Assembly (NCBI RefSeq): GCF_964355755.1
Contig: NC_092673.1
Span: 21,077,648 to 21,141,647 of the forward strand
Source: Antedon mediterranea
Lineage: Eukaryota > Animalia > Echinodermata
Reading direction: 5' to 3'
Length of the DNA: 64,000 bases
The notes under the pieces were generated by a model. That model saw only the letters and a list, made by a program, of their open reading frames with translations. It made no database searches and was not told the DNA's origin. The translations under genes and the position numbers were made by a program. This document shows positions 63,505-64,000 of this stretch, in pieces (within the stretch, counting starts at the first letter, position 1; every line of letters starts with the position of its first letter).

Positions 63505-64000
63505 CTGTACATTTAATTAAAAAAACAATATGGATATTTAAAAATGTTTAATGGAGATAATATTGAAATATAAAAAACATATATAAAATAACAGGTACAG
63601 AGTAAATTCTAAACCACACAGTGATATACAAAAATGTATTAATTGACTTGAAACGATACAGCTATGAGGAAATCTCTAAAAATGAAAACAAGCCACCTCA
63701 ATCAAGATTCAAACCTGGAACCTTCTACTTTTATATAATCAAGATTTATTTATATTAATTGTTCTTGCAGTTAGAAGAAATGAATTACAACAATCGTGAC
63801 AATTTATAAAAACATAATAAAAAAATTTAACATTAATATTAACATCTCCCTTAATCACAAACAACATACAATTACAATTTAAAATATACATTATATAATA
63901 AAATACAATTATTAAAACAGAAATTTGGAACTGTTTTATATACATTTGTTTCTAAGCACTTTCTATCATACTTATAATTCAATTTGTACAATAGACTCAC

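Overview
AT-rich (intron-rich, GT-AG) eukaryotic DNA from an invertebrate animal, probably a deuterostome (inferred from the vertebrate-like proteins). There are three spliced protein-coding genes. (1) The 3' part of a PGC-1/PPRC1-family coactivator (+, <1-4110; DHDY motif, RS domain, RRM, conserved C-terminal DFDxLL motif). (2) A complete RGS12/loco-type gene (+, 9203-54058; PDZ, PTB, RGS, two RBDs, GoLoco, C-terminal ATFV). (3) The 3' part of a CCDC125-like coiled-coil gene (-, 57528->63504), convergent with RGS12. I reconstructed all exon chains by hand and their intron phases are consistent. The most notable signal lies inside the ~24 kb first intron of RGS12. A 245-codon exon there encodes a ZAD/zf-AD-like C4 zinc-binding domain and ends in a phase-0 donor that splices in frame onto the shared RGS-RBD-GoLoco exons, which predicts a zinc-finger-capped RGS12 isoform. 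Two further short alternative N-termini sit next to it. The introns are packed with non-autonomous transposons: a 2.6 kb foldback element, a Sola-like element splitting a 69-bp minisatellite, Kolobok-, Harbinger-, hAT-, Mutator-, mariner- and Helentron-like elements, SINEs and LINE 3' ends. The very long ORFs at 40.6-47.9 kb are artefacts of the tandem repeat. No database searches were run; family assignments rest on recalled motifs.
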